Assembly (NCBI GenBank): GCA_905178155.1
Contig: CAJINV010000001.1
Span: 13,656,664-13,720,663, forward strand
Reading direction: 5' to 3'
DNA: 64,000 nucleotides
Source: Amoebophrya sp. A120
Taxonomy: Eukaryota > Protista > Dinoflagellata
The notes under the pieces are model-generated. The model ran no database searches. It had not been told where the DNA came from and saw only the letters and a list, made by a program, of their open reading frames with translations. Made by a program: the position numbers and the translations under genes. Numbering within the stretch: the stretch's first letter is position 1; each line of letters starts with the position of its first letter. Positions 23,965-34,907 of this stretch are shown here, piece after piece.

Positions 23965-26900
23965 ATGCCTCGAAACCATTTCGATCGGTCTTTGGACGAG
24001 TATCGGCGGAGTCGGGAACGCCAGCAAAGCCGTGACCGCCGGAATCGATTCGAGCTAGACCGACCACTAAATGATCGTCCGCGGCGAAGCCGAGACCGGC
24101 GGAATCACCTAAGCAGAGCTTTGGGACGACGGGGGCGCAGTCGCAGCAGTCGCGAGCGCAGGTACGAAACCCCGCGGAGTAGCCGCGACCGGAGGCGCCG
24201 CGGCAGTAGAGATCGCGACACTCGGAATTATCGCAGTCGCGACCGCGCCCGGAATGATCGGCGGGACGTCGGCTCTCGATATGAACAACGGCCTGGTGCG
24301 CCCCGGGTGAACGCACGACCGTCACCACCACCTTTGCCAAAGCCACCGTGTGTCCGGTGTTTGTTAGATCGAGAGTGCAGTAAGGAGAGCCGAGACGTCC
24401 GGCATGAGCGAAGGCATCAGCCCCGCGAGCAGTGCCGAGACTTCCAGAATAGTCGCTGCTGGAGGGGGGAGCACTGCAGGTTCTGGCACCCAGTACCCCT
24501 GGACGCGGAGAAGTTGCAGCAGCTTGCAGAGTGGGCGGCGGAAAAGAGCGGACCAAGTAGCGCACTGACCAAAGAACGACTGTGCGAAATCGCGCAGCAG
24601 TCGCAGCGGCAAGCGTCTCGTGTGCCGTCGACTACCCTCTACAACAGTGCGGTCGAAAGCGTGCCACCAGGCTGCCGAACACTCGAGGGATACCTTGAGG
24701 CACTATTCCGGGCCGCCGGAGCGAACGCGGAGCTGTTCAACGTTGACACCGAAACCGCCGAACTGGCGGGCCGGGTCATCGCGAAACACTGGCCGGAGTT
24801 CGATGCCGTGCGCGTTACCGAATTCCGGCAAGTGGTGAGAACCTTGTACGAACAGGATCAGCGCCCGGGGGCGCCGGCGTTTGGGCGGCTGCTTGAAAAT
24901 GCACAGGCCATGACGCCGAAGCAGTACAGCTTCGAACTTACCCCGAGGGAAAACTCTCGGACCAGTTTTCTGAAGCGCTGCCTTGCAATCTCGATGGACA
25001 AAAGGTATAGTAAGTGTGTCAGTGCGGAGGTCATCTTCCTGTGCCGTTCTTGTGTAGTTTTACTTGCTCGCACGACCAGATCCAGAACCACGAACACAGA
25101 TGCTTGCGTAGGTAGCGACAGCCGTGCTGTGAGGGCGCTTTTCATATGCTTGTAGATAGACAGTTTCGGTTGAATTTCTATCGATTTTTCAAAAATCGAT
25201 ATGGGGGGACAAACTAGGGGCGACGAACTGAGAACGGCCTTTTTTCGAGGCCTAGATATAGCGGGTTTTTGGCGAGTTGCCCATTTTCGGGGAGGCTCAG
25301 GCGAGGCCCCCTGCGTCTAGTTTCTGCGCAATAGCAGCGGCGTAATGCGCCGCATTCTCTACCTGAGGTTCGCGCCTGCACCGCTTGCATTGTTTCGAAA
25401 ACGGCGCGGCGCTCGCGCTAGAAATACCTTTTATAGAATATCCGCACCCATTCCGCCCTAAATATTGAATATCCAGCGCGGTATCCTATATCCACGCCGC
25501 CCCGCCGTGGATATACACCAGGGGGGCGTAATATTTTATAAAATGACTGCCGTCGATTTGGCTCCGGAAATGGTTGCCATGGACACAGAAAATAAATCCG
25601 CGCGCGTGCTTTTGGGCGCGCTGGCGAACCAAAAAAATCAAGCAACCCAAGAAATCGGGCCTATATCTAGAGACAAAAAAAAGGCCTTTCTCAGTTCGTT
25701 TTCGAATTTTGTCCCCCCATAAAAATCGACGACCATTTAATCTTCAGGTTTGCTCGAGAATTTAATAGTGACGATCCTGGCCGTCGACGGGATAGTGTAA
25801 TGCGCGCAGCGGGCTTGCTCCCCCTACATGGTGACTGCACTAGGTGGGCTCAGTTTCTTGTTGGACAGGATCCCAATCTGCCCGCTGCACGGAGGGATAG
25901 CATGGGCGTGAAAGAAGAAAGTGCGGAGTCGTACCTAGCACTGTTCGAACCCAAACCTTTCTCCACAAGAGTGGATTACCTGCAGGAGTTGCAGAGAGCT
26001 CCCAAGCTCTACCCCAAAGAATTCGCCGGCGACAACGCAGAGGAGCGGGAGCAGCGGGTGCGCGCCGCGCTGCGGGAGTGTTTTGAGTGTCGATGTTGTG
26101 GCTCTTCTTGCAGATACCACGCGCCAGGACTTGCGGAGCCTTTGTGCTTCCCGTGCTTCGAGGGCGAATTCGACGTTGAATTAGCAGCAATTGGTGACGC
26201 GTACGATCGCTTTCTGCGGGAGAAGTATGAAGAATATTCAGAAAGCTACCCGCAGTATGAGAGCTTCGAAGCGCTCGCCGGCGGCGAGAGGTACTATCCT
26301 TCCGAGCGACACCGCAATCATGCCGGTTGGGACACCGACGCAAGCGCGAAGGACATCCTACTTGCGGGATCTGATATCAACATCAAGGCCCCGCCGGAAA
26401 GCTTCTGGGAGCCACGGAGAATACTCCAGTGGGGAAGCACGTTCCAGCGAGAAACCCGGTTTCTGGCCGACCTTCTAGCGAGCCACAAGCCGCTGACCGA
26501 AAGCGAACTGCAGGACGAGGCGCAGGCGTGCAGCCGCGGAACGCTACGAGCTCTGTCCCGGAGGTGCGCCGCTGACGGAGATAGTATGCAGCGCACGCTC
26601 GGAGTCTTCCTGAAGCGTTGCTTCGACGAGATGAAACCGCACACGAAGAAGATGATATTCCTCAGGTTGCTGAAAAAGCACAAGGTCACTTGCAGGAACA
26701 TCATGAAAACTTTCACCGAAGTTTTTCGCGTCCTGCGGGAACTTCATTACAGGAGACAAGCGGCGAGGGATGCGGGCGAGGACCCAGTGATGGAGCCGCC
26801 GCACCTGTGCGAGTTCGATCGCGCGGCGTTTGTGTTCGACGACACACTTAGCGCGCAGGAAAAAGTCAACATCGCGTGCCGCTACTACGTCAAGAAGGTG

Positions 26901-27749
26901 AAGCGGACGGCCCTCGGCGACGGCGAGGAGGCGGAGAGCGATGAGGCAAGCGATCGCAGGGTGCTGATTGCGGACTTCTTGCATCGGCTGCGGACGGCGC
27001 CGCCACCCGGCCGAGCCGCACTGCAGCGCGACTTCTTTGATTTTGGAACGTTGTACTCCTCGCCGGACAGCCGCGTGTGGATTTTGACTGGAGGGAATGA
27101 TGGGAATGTTGGGGACAAAAATGATGGCGGTATTCACGTTTTCGAAGCGCTCCCCCCATCGTCGTTGGCGGAGGGGGCGCGCTCCTGGTTCGGGCTGCCG
27201 CCAGACGCAACGCTGGCGGACGTCCACCGACTGCAGAAGCTTGCGATCGAACAGTTGTGGGGCGCTCTGGGCGTGACCGCGTTTAGCCAGCTGGTCACCT
27301 ACAAGGGGCACGCCGACCCTGCCTTGCCGCACGCCGTCGGGGACAAGATCTACCCAACCTATGGCGTTGTCGATTCGTTTCGCGACACTGTCGATTTTAA
27401 CCGGCAGGAGAACAAGAAGACCGGCGCCAACCTCGCTGCGCTCGAGGTCTCAGCCGATCCGAATCGACAGGCGCCGACCTACCGCGCACTCCTGGAGAGA
27501 GTTCCGGTGGCGCGGCGTCCGTCGTTCCGAAAAATGGTGGGGTTTCGGCAACTGCGGACGCACCAGAACGCAAACCTGTCAAAGGTTGTGTTTGTTGACC
27601 ATCTCGGATTTGACGGCGCCAGGATGCGGGCGATAGAGGCCGAGTTGATTCAGGAAATCAAGCGGGTGCGGTGGGAAGACGACCCGGATCCGGGCGCTTT
27701 GGTTGCCGAAGCACAGCCCTTCGTGGGCGGAAGCGAGTACTGGAGATAG
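23965..27749 (+). CDS. RS/RD-rich, CCCH zinc-finger protein; exons 23965-25004 and 25748-27749
   Basis: Arg/Ser/Asp-rich N-terminus and CCCH motif CRDFQNSRCWRGEHCRFWH. The GT-AG intron 25005-25747 joins to ORF 25800 in frame. A second Cys cluster reads CFECRCCG..LCFPCF. Confidence 0.72.
25200..25721. mobile_element. MITE with 8-bp TSD inside a canonical intron
   Basis: TIR TATGGGGGGACAAA..ACGAACTGAGAA.GGCCTTTTTT / ..TTTGTCCCCCCATA; TSD AAAATCGA at 25192-25199 and 25722-25729. Confidence 0.88.
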
Positions 27750-28524
27750 ATAGATCGATCCGCTCTTGGGTCGCAAATAAAGGCTATTCTTAGGCGAAAG
27801 CGCCGAATAGAATGAATTCATCAGATAGATCGATCCGACTCCATGAATTCCTTCCCATTCTTGTCGCAGGTCGGTCCCTCAAGAAGAACTCCCGTAGTAA
27901 ACTAAACGAAAACGACTAGGCAGTGAATCAATCCAAAGCAGTGAAGGAACATAAAAAGAAGGGCGCGGGGGCTTCCTAAGAGAAGTGAGCGACGCCGTCT
28001 TTGTGATGGATGAAAAGCGCCGTTTTGCTCGTGATACGCAAGTAAGAGTCTATGTGTTCTCAGTCCCTGCGCAGTTGCTTGTTGTCCTTGTTGCTGGATG
28101 TGTGGTATGTTGTATGTCATGTGCTTCATTGAGGCAGAAGAAACGAACGATGCTTCACGGGCGCAAGGAATCACTGTGATATGATGCCATACTAGGGGGC
28201 CCTCGTGCTTTCTTTCTCGTTCAAATATGTTGACTCTGAGAGCAGATTCGTGTACTTTTCCGAGTTGACTGAGTGAGATGATGTGATCCTTTTGACCGCG
28301 GGAAATGATCTAGTGAACCGCTGAGCTGTACGCACCTGTGGATCTCGATAGACCTCAAGCAGGCTGCTCAGAGCGATCGCGATGATAGTACATGACTTAT
28401 ACGAACAGACCCAGAGGTTTGTCTACGAACTAATTTGTTGACACCGAGGTCGACAAAGAGAAAGATCAAGATGACCACCTAGCGGATCCTGCTTTCTTGA
28501 ACCTCGCGGCCGAGGACTGGGACC

Positions 28525-30326
28525 ATGTCGATCGCACCAGACGACCAGGACCGGCGCCGACACGGCCGAGGGGCAACCAGCCCGCACAAGAACCTCCCTA
28601 GTACGCGCAAAACTGCTGCTCACGTAGTACTGGCACCTCGTCTACTGCTGCTCACATTCTCGCTCGTTTGTGTTGCCACCCTGCACGTCGTGCCTCAGTT
28701 TTTCCGCTTTCGCAGCGCGCAGCGGCCGTTCCAGAATTTGCAGCGCGCGGCGCGGCGCATCCAGCTCGAGATCGTGGCACTGACCACCTACGACTGCAAC
28801 ACGAGGCGCGACTGCCCCCCCGCAGTGCTCGCGCGCGAGGAGGAGCGAAGAAGAAGGGTGCTAGCAGCACGAGATGCGGTGCCGATGATCTTTCGCTTCA
28901 CGGCCCTGGACGCGCCCCAGGCGCGGCGCTGGTTTGCGCGGCAAATGGAAGTGGAGAAGTGGGACCGGTTGCGCACGAGGCGAGATTTGCTTACCGTAAT
29001 TGACTACGCGTTTCGGAGTCGGCTGGTGCAAGGGGGGCTGGGCGCCGCGCGCGAGGCCAAGGTCCCGCTCATGTACCCGGAAAAGCCCGTCGGAGGGACT
29101 CTGGAGCTTGCCCTTCTGCCGCCGCCGCCCTCCCCGGATCCGGGGCGGGAAAGGCCGTTGAAGACAGTTTCGCGGTGGACGAAGAAGATGCCGGGCGGGG
29201 GGACCGAAGGTAGTCGGAGTTCTTGCAATTCCGACATCGAGGACCCCTGGGCGTGGTACGAGAACTGCCCAAATCCGTGGCCGGGGAACATGGTTGTGGA
29301 CGCCGTCTTCGAGTCGCTCGCGCCGGCAGATGCAAGAGTGCCGATACCTTTAGTGCCCGCATCAACATCTACTCCGCCAGCATCAACATCTCCCGCTGCC
29401 GTTGCTACTGGTACTACCGATAGTACTGCTAGTGCAGCGCCGTGTGCGGTTTTCAGTATCGGCATCGCGTACCACTTCGAGTTCGACGACCACTTTCTGC
29501 AGCGGTCCCCCTGCGCGGTGTACTCGTTCGATCCCAGCATGCAGCGGTACCACAACGAGCATGAAAACCCTCCGAAGGAGATCAACTACCAGCGCGGCCC
29601 GCGGCACGCCTTCAGCCCCACCGCGTTGGGGAAGGCGGACGGCCGGCACGACGCGAGCAAACATTCGACATATCCAAGAAAAGAACTGTGTAAGTGTAAC
29701 TTTTTTGCAGGAACAGCATCACAGATTTGTTTTGCATGACAAAAAACCTGTCATGCGTAGCTACTACGCGAAAACACGTATTAAAATAGCCTCTGATGCA
29801 TATCCGGCATGACAAGTGTAACTGTATTGCAACATCTGCAAGACAAAGTTACACTCACACAGTTTTTTTCTTGCATACGACACTGTATGGGAACATCAAA
29901 GAGTACGACGTGAAGACCCTCGCCACGTTCATGAAGGAGCGGAAGATCGAAACCCTGGACGTGCTTCGGATAGACGTGGAGGGGGCAGAGTGGGAGATGA
30001 TGGATCAGCTACTGGACATGCTGCCCAGGATCCGGAGTTTCTCGGCGGAGTTCCACTTCCCGATGGGGGTGCGCAACATCGAGAAAATGTTCGCGCTTCT
30101 ATGCAAGAGTAGAACGATAAGTAGTACATCAGCTGGTCGTGCCAGTAGCGGGGGCGGCGCGAGCGGCGGTGGCGAGGGCGGAGAAGATGCTGGGGATGGC
30201 AACGTACCAGGGTGCTTCAACGTCGCGACCTGGCGCTATGCGTGGTGCCCGGTGGAACCCTGCCTCGAGATCACAGCGGGTAGAGTGGAAGACGTGCATT
30301 CGTCTGGGAAGGGGGCGCATGGATGA
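28525..30326 (+). CDS. membrane-anchored Methyltransf_22/FkbM-like (METTL24-like) methyltransferase; exons 28525-29670, 29883-30326
   Basis: N-terminal TM; CAVFSIGI..FEFDD, CAVYSFDPS and LDVLRIDVEGAEW..SFSAEFH. The two halves join in frame on removal of 29671-29882. Confidence 0.8.
29671..29877. mobile_element. introner-like element, family C
   Basis: TIR TATCCAAGAAAAGAACTGTGTAAGTGTAACTTT / AAAGTTACACTCACACAGTTTTTTTCTTGCATA; perfect DR CGACA. Confidence 0.93.
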
Positions 30327-30659
30327 TAATGGATCGATGGATTGGCGTTGATTTGTACGAGCCCGGGGAGTAAAGTGCGTCAAGAGGACGAACAGCTCGA
30401 AAGTGATACTAGCCTCTACATACCGATAACACACCTGCTCGTCACTAGGGTTTCCGACCCGTCATCGTGATACGCGAGTGAGAGTCAATTATGTGTTCTC
30501 ATTCCCTGCGAAGGTGCTTGTTGTTATGTGTGGTAGTCACTACTACATTTTCGCCGGAAGAAAAGATCCTGATCTCGGCGCTGTAATTAGCTCGATCAAG
30601 ATGAAATAGCATCGCTTTATTTCATGGGAACTGTCGCTCTCTATTTACGTCGATTGATA

Positions 30660-31560
30660 TTGCCTTGTCAGCGCTTCTACTGCGATTCTGCCGCGAAAAT
30701 AATAAATGCACTTTAGGTATTTTCTGACATTTTGACGCTCACGAACACGACGAGAAATTGAGTTTTTTTGAATAGACGTAGTTTGTTCACAACTTTTAGG
30801 AAAAATATTTCGCTCTTTTGCAATGCGCATGGTGCGATGGTTTTAGGCTGGAAAAGTTATGCTATTTTTTTGGTACTTTCCGTGATTTTGACGCTCACGT
30901 ACACGACGAGAAATTGACTTTTTTTGAATAGACGTAGTTCGCTCACAACTCTCACGTAAAACATCATGCTTTTTTGCAATCCGCATGGTGCGATGGTTCT
31001 GGGCTGGCAAAGTCATGCTTTTTTTTTCTATTTTCTGTGATTTTGGCGCTCACGTACACGACGAGAAATTGACTTTTTTTGAATAGACGTAGTTTGCTCG
31101 AAACTCTCAAGCAAAAGACTATGCCTTTTTGCAATCCGCATGATGCGATGGCTTTGGGCTGGCAAAGTTATGCTATTTTTTTGGTATTTTCTGTCATTTT
31201 GACTGTCACGTACACGACGAGAAATTGACTTTTTTTGAATAGGCGTAGTTTGCTCACAACTCTCAAGTAAAACATCATGCCTTTTTGCAATCCGCATGGT
31301 GCGATGGTTTTGGGCTGGCAAAGTTATGCTATTTTTTTGGTATTTTCTGTCATTTTGACTGTCACGTACACGACGAGAAATTGGTTTTTTTTGAATAGGC
31401 GTAGTTTGCTCACAACTCTCAAGTAAAATATCATGCCTTGTTTCAATCCGCGTGCTGCGATGGTTTCGGGCTGGCAAAGTTATGCTATTTTTTTGGTATT
31501 TTCTGTGGTTTTGACGCTTACGGACACGACGAGGAATTGATTCTTTTTGAATAGCGATGC
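30660..31560. repeat. 156-bp tandem repeat, ~5.7 copies
   Basis: The anchor ACACGACGAG(A/G)AATTG recurs at 30745, 30901, 31056, 31212, 31368 and 31524. Confidence 0.95.
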
Positions 31561-31876
31561 TTTTTCCTTTGGTTGGCAAAATAATATTCAATTGTTTTGC
31601 AGTCCGGCTACAGTGATATACTCAAACTTCATTTTTGATTTTAGATTGCAACGCACATCCTTTCAAAATGTTGTGTTATGGATGGCACTCCGTGTCGGAT
31701 CGTTGCCCAAGACAAAAGAAAATTTTGTTTTTACTGTTTCAAGTATATCATGATCTTTTCAGAGGCCGCTTCGTCAGAAGAACCAGCGTAAGTAAGTTGT
31801 AGTCGCATCCGTTTGTCGTTGTTTTTCACTTGTTTACGTTCGCACTCGGTCTCGGGTGAAAACGGGATTGAAAATA

Positions 31877-33955
31877 ATGTCGTCATCTGCGGCAGCGAGG
31901 GTGTACGAACCCTCTGTGAAGCGCGCGCTGGCGCACAATTCTACTCTCCAGCAGCGATTACTGCAGCAAAGCTATGTGAACACGAACGGAAGAAGTGCGA
32001 GCCCACAGGAGCTGCTTTCCTCCTTCGAAGAGAATACCGCGGAACTGAGTGTGCCCCTTATGGTGACGATTCTGCACAAACTAAGCCAAGACCGTTCAGG
32101 TTTCGTAGACCGTGTGCAGAGGACCATATGGGTCAAGCCTGTTCGCGACTGGGGAGAAACCGGCGATCGAAATTTCGATATTGGTTCTGATTCGGAAAGA
32201 GCCACAGTAAGAAATTCAAGAGGTGGTCCTGGAACCTGGAAGGCCTCTTCGTCCGCATTTTTATCGTCGAGGAAGAAATCGTCGGCCAGTCGTCGTGCCT
32301 TCAGAAACCACACGGGCTTCGAAGACTTCGATCTTTTGAACGGGGAGGATGCTGAGAATGCAGAGCTTGAGAGTTCTTCTTCTCCCGTCAAAGCCTCCTC
32401 CGCAACGGTCGAAGTAGAAGAGTTGTCCCATGAAGTAGAGCAGACCACCAAGCCAGACGCCGCGGCATCACTGGACTCCTTGACGCGCTTGCTAAAACGA
32501 CTGCAGCACACGGTTGATGTTCTTCGTGGCGACCAAATTTCGTTCGTGCTGTTTTCTCTAGTGTCGCTTTTTCACGCAAAAGCTCTCAGGAAAACAAAGA
32601 ACTTACGTCCCGGCAGAATTTGTGCAGTGCAGGAAGTGGCGCAAGAAGCTTTCGGTGCTGTTGCGCGGGAAGCGGAGACTCGAGTGGGTGAATTGAGTGG
32701 GCAAGCGTTGGCAAAAGTGGCGTGGACTTGTGCGACTGTGGATGCAGCGACGTTCCGGAAGACGGTGGTCACGGTTTTGCGGCACAGTGTGAAGCACTTT
32801 GAAGACGTAGATTTGGTCACTAGAATGGCAGAAGCGGACAAAGCTAATCTGGTTTTTGCAGCTGCAAAGTTGCTCGACGGATGCCCGGCAAAACAGGATG
32901 CGCGAACAAGCGAAGGAGCAAACGAGCCTCCTGACGGGAAGCACCAGCACGCAGGACACAACAAGCATCTTGGCGACCTAAAGGCGACACGATACGAGAC
33001 TATGACTGGTACCGTCGTGGGCAACGAAGATGCGGAAACAGCACAAGGCGTCGCTGTTCGCTGGCTAAGTACGGCAACCAAGGATTGCACCACCTGGCAG
33101 AGCTCGTGGCACTTGGTGCAGCTGCTGGATGCAGTGAGCAGAGCCAGGCACAGCAGTGCGGTCCTTGAAGGACAAGGAGGACTTGCAGACCCTGTGGTAG
33201 ATGCACTGCTGGAGCTTTCTCGACAGAAAAGTGCTCTACCGATACGAGATGCGGTGCAAGCCTTGTGGCTTTTGGTGACACGCTTGGAGGCGGGGGACTA
33301 TCCGGAACCAGCGCTGGAGTTTTTCAAGCAGGCCAAGGCGAAATCCTGCGAAATGGACCACCGGGGTCGGGTGTTATTTGCCGTTTGTGTGCGCAAACTC
33401 CATCTTCTCGGTCTGGTCGAAATGGACGAAATGCGTGCCGTGCTGAACGCACTGCAGGAACAGTTCGTGCTGCACAGCGCTAGCTTCGGGTCCTGGACCG
33501 CGACCGACCTTTCGAACGTCTGCGAGGCCTACGGCACGGCAAGTGCAGGCAATCCTCCCCTTCGCGTGCCCTCACCTACTGCCTCTGCCTTCACGGCTTC
33601 CGTGCTGGACGCTGTCCAAAAGAAGCACTTTCAACAGCCGCACGCGCTGGCCAATGTGGTCTGGTTTCTCGCCGCGGAGCCCGAGGCGCAAGTTTCGAAT
33701 GCGGATTTGATGAAGTTGTATCGCCGAATGTGCGGCGCGCGCCGGCAGCTGCGCGAGTCTCAGAGCAAGCGCAACGAAGACTGTAGAGTAACTACTAAGG
33801 AAGTCTGCACCAGTAAGTATTTCGCTCGAGTAGAGGAACGGGTTTTAGAATACAGAAATGAGCTACACGAGGAACTTCTGCAAATGCAGTGCAACAGTAT
33901 TAAGAGAAAACCAACTACAGAAGTTCACACGCATGAGCATGCTGAAAAATTTTAA
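31877..33955 (+). CDS. helical-repeat (HPR/OPR-like) putative organellar RNA-binding protein
   Basis: Single long ORF with repeats such as LSGQALAKVAWTCAT, WTATDLSNVCEAYG and QPHALANVVWFLA. Confidence 0.6.
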   Translation: MSSSAAARVYEPSVKRALAHNSTLQQRLLQQSYVNTNGRSASPQELLSSFEENTAELSVPLMVTILHKLSQDRSGFVDRVQRTIWVKPVRDWGETGDRNFDIGSDSERATVRNSRGGPGTWKASSSAFLSSRKKSSASRRAFRNHTGFEDFDLLNGEDAENAELESSSSPVKASSATVEVEELSHEVEQTTKPDAAASLDSLTRLLKRLQHTVDVLRGDQISFVLFSLVSLFHAKALRKTKNLRPGRICAVQEVAQEAFGAVAREAETRVGELSGQALAKVAWTCATVDAATFRKTVVTVLRHSVKHFEDVDLVTRMAEADKANLVFAAAKLLDGCPAKQDARTSEGANEPPDGKHQHAGHNKHLGDLKATRYETMTGTVVGNEDAETAQGVAVRWLSTATKDCTTWQSSWHLVQLLDAVSRARHSSAVLEGQGGLADPVVDALLELSRQKSALPIRDAVQALWLLVTRLEAGDYPEPALEFFKQAKAKSCEMDHRGRVLFAVCVRKLHLLGLVEMDEMRAVLNALQEQFVLHSASFGSWTATDLSNVCEAYGTASAGNPPLRVPSPTASAFTASVLDAVQKKHFQQPHALANVVWFLAAEPEAQVSNADLMKLYRRMCGARRQLRESQSKRNEDCRVTTKEVCTSKYFARVEERVLEYRNELHEELLQMQCNSIKRKPTTEVHTHEHAEKF

Positions 33956-34907
33956 TCTTTCCACGGCAGACGCAAGTCCTTGAAAGCGATGTGGATGTCG
34001 TGGGAAAAAAATCCGAAGCGATCCGTTTCCTCAACTATTAGACTTGCTAAGTACCTCGGTCGTGGGTCCCTTCGCGGGTCTTGGTGCGCGAGAGAATTAC
34101 AATCATAATAATCAAGCTACAGGACAACGGCTCCGTGACTATTTGAAATTGGAAGATCCTGTGTGGTTCAGAATTCGAAACATGTACCTGCGATGCGATC
34201 TCAAATGAAAAACGATGATCGGCTCCAATGACAAATCTTTTTCTGCTTGGTCGTTTCAAATACGATCGGTAAAAAGTAAGAACTCGGTAGAGGTACCTGT
34301 GCAACTTGTTCTCTTGTTCATGAAGAAATGAAAATGTATACCGATGCCGATCTGCAGTCGAAATCGAATGTTGCTGGGAACACTTCCAACATGGTGAGTA
34401 TCCTTGTCGAAAAAAATCTGTTTCAGTTGAATGCGTGATATGGTTTCTTCATCAAAAACGGCATCAATTGCTAGTTCTGAAGAAGACGTATCTTTTATTT
34501 AGCTTGTGACTCAAATTTATTCATTGCAAAAGATTTCTACCTTTAAAGTTTTCTAATTTCATCGTGCATTTTTGGTTTAGTCTTAGTTTACAACAACCTT
34601 TTAACAACAACCCGTGCATAATTTCGACAAAAAACTTTAGGATTATTTACCTTTCAAAAAAAAGAAAACAACGCAATCTGAAGTGATCGACTGGATTGAC
34701 GATTTTCGTCTTCAAAGTCATCACTGGAAGAAGTACAAGTTGTGACGCGGTTGAAACAACAAATGAAACTTCTTGTTCTGCACTCATGATAAACCCAATG
34801 AAAACGGGAATAAACTGTTAAAGATAAAGAAAGCTTTTTTACTTCGAAATTTTCATCTACCTTTAACTTCATCAACTGTAAAAACAATAGCTATCAGATC
34901 GACCAAA

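Noticed and set aside
30660-31560. Possible CRISPR-like array (also considered for 61950-62610)
   Set aside because: Whole units repeat with no unique spacers, no cas genes are present, and the context is eukaryotic.
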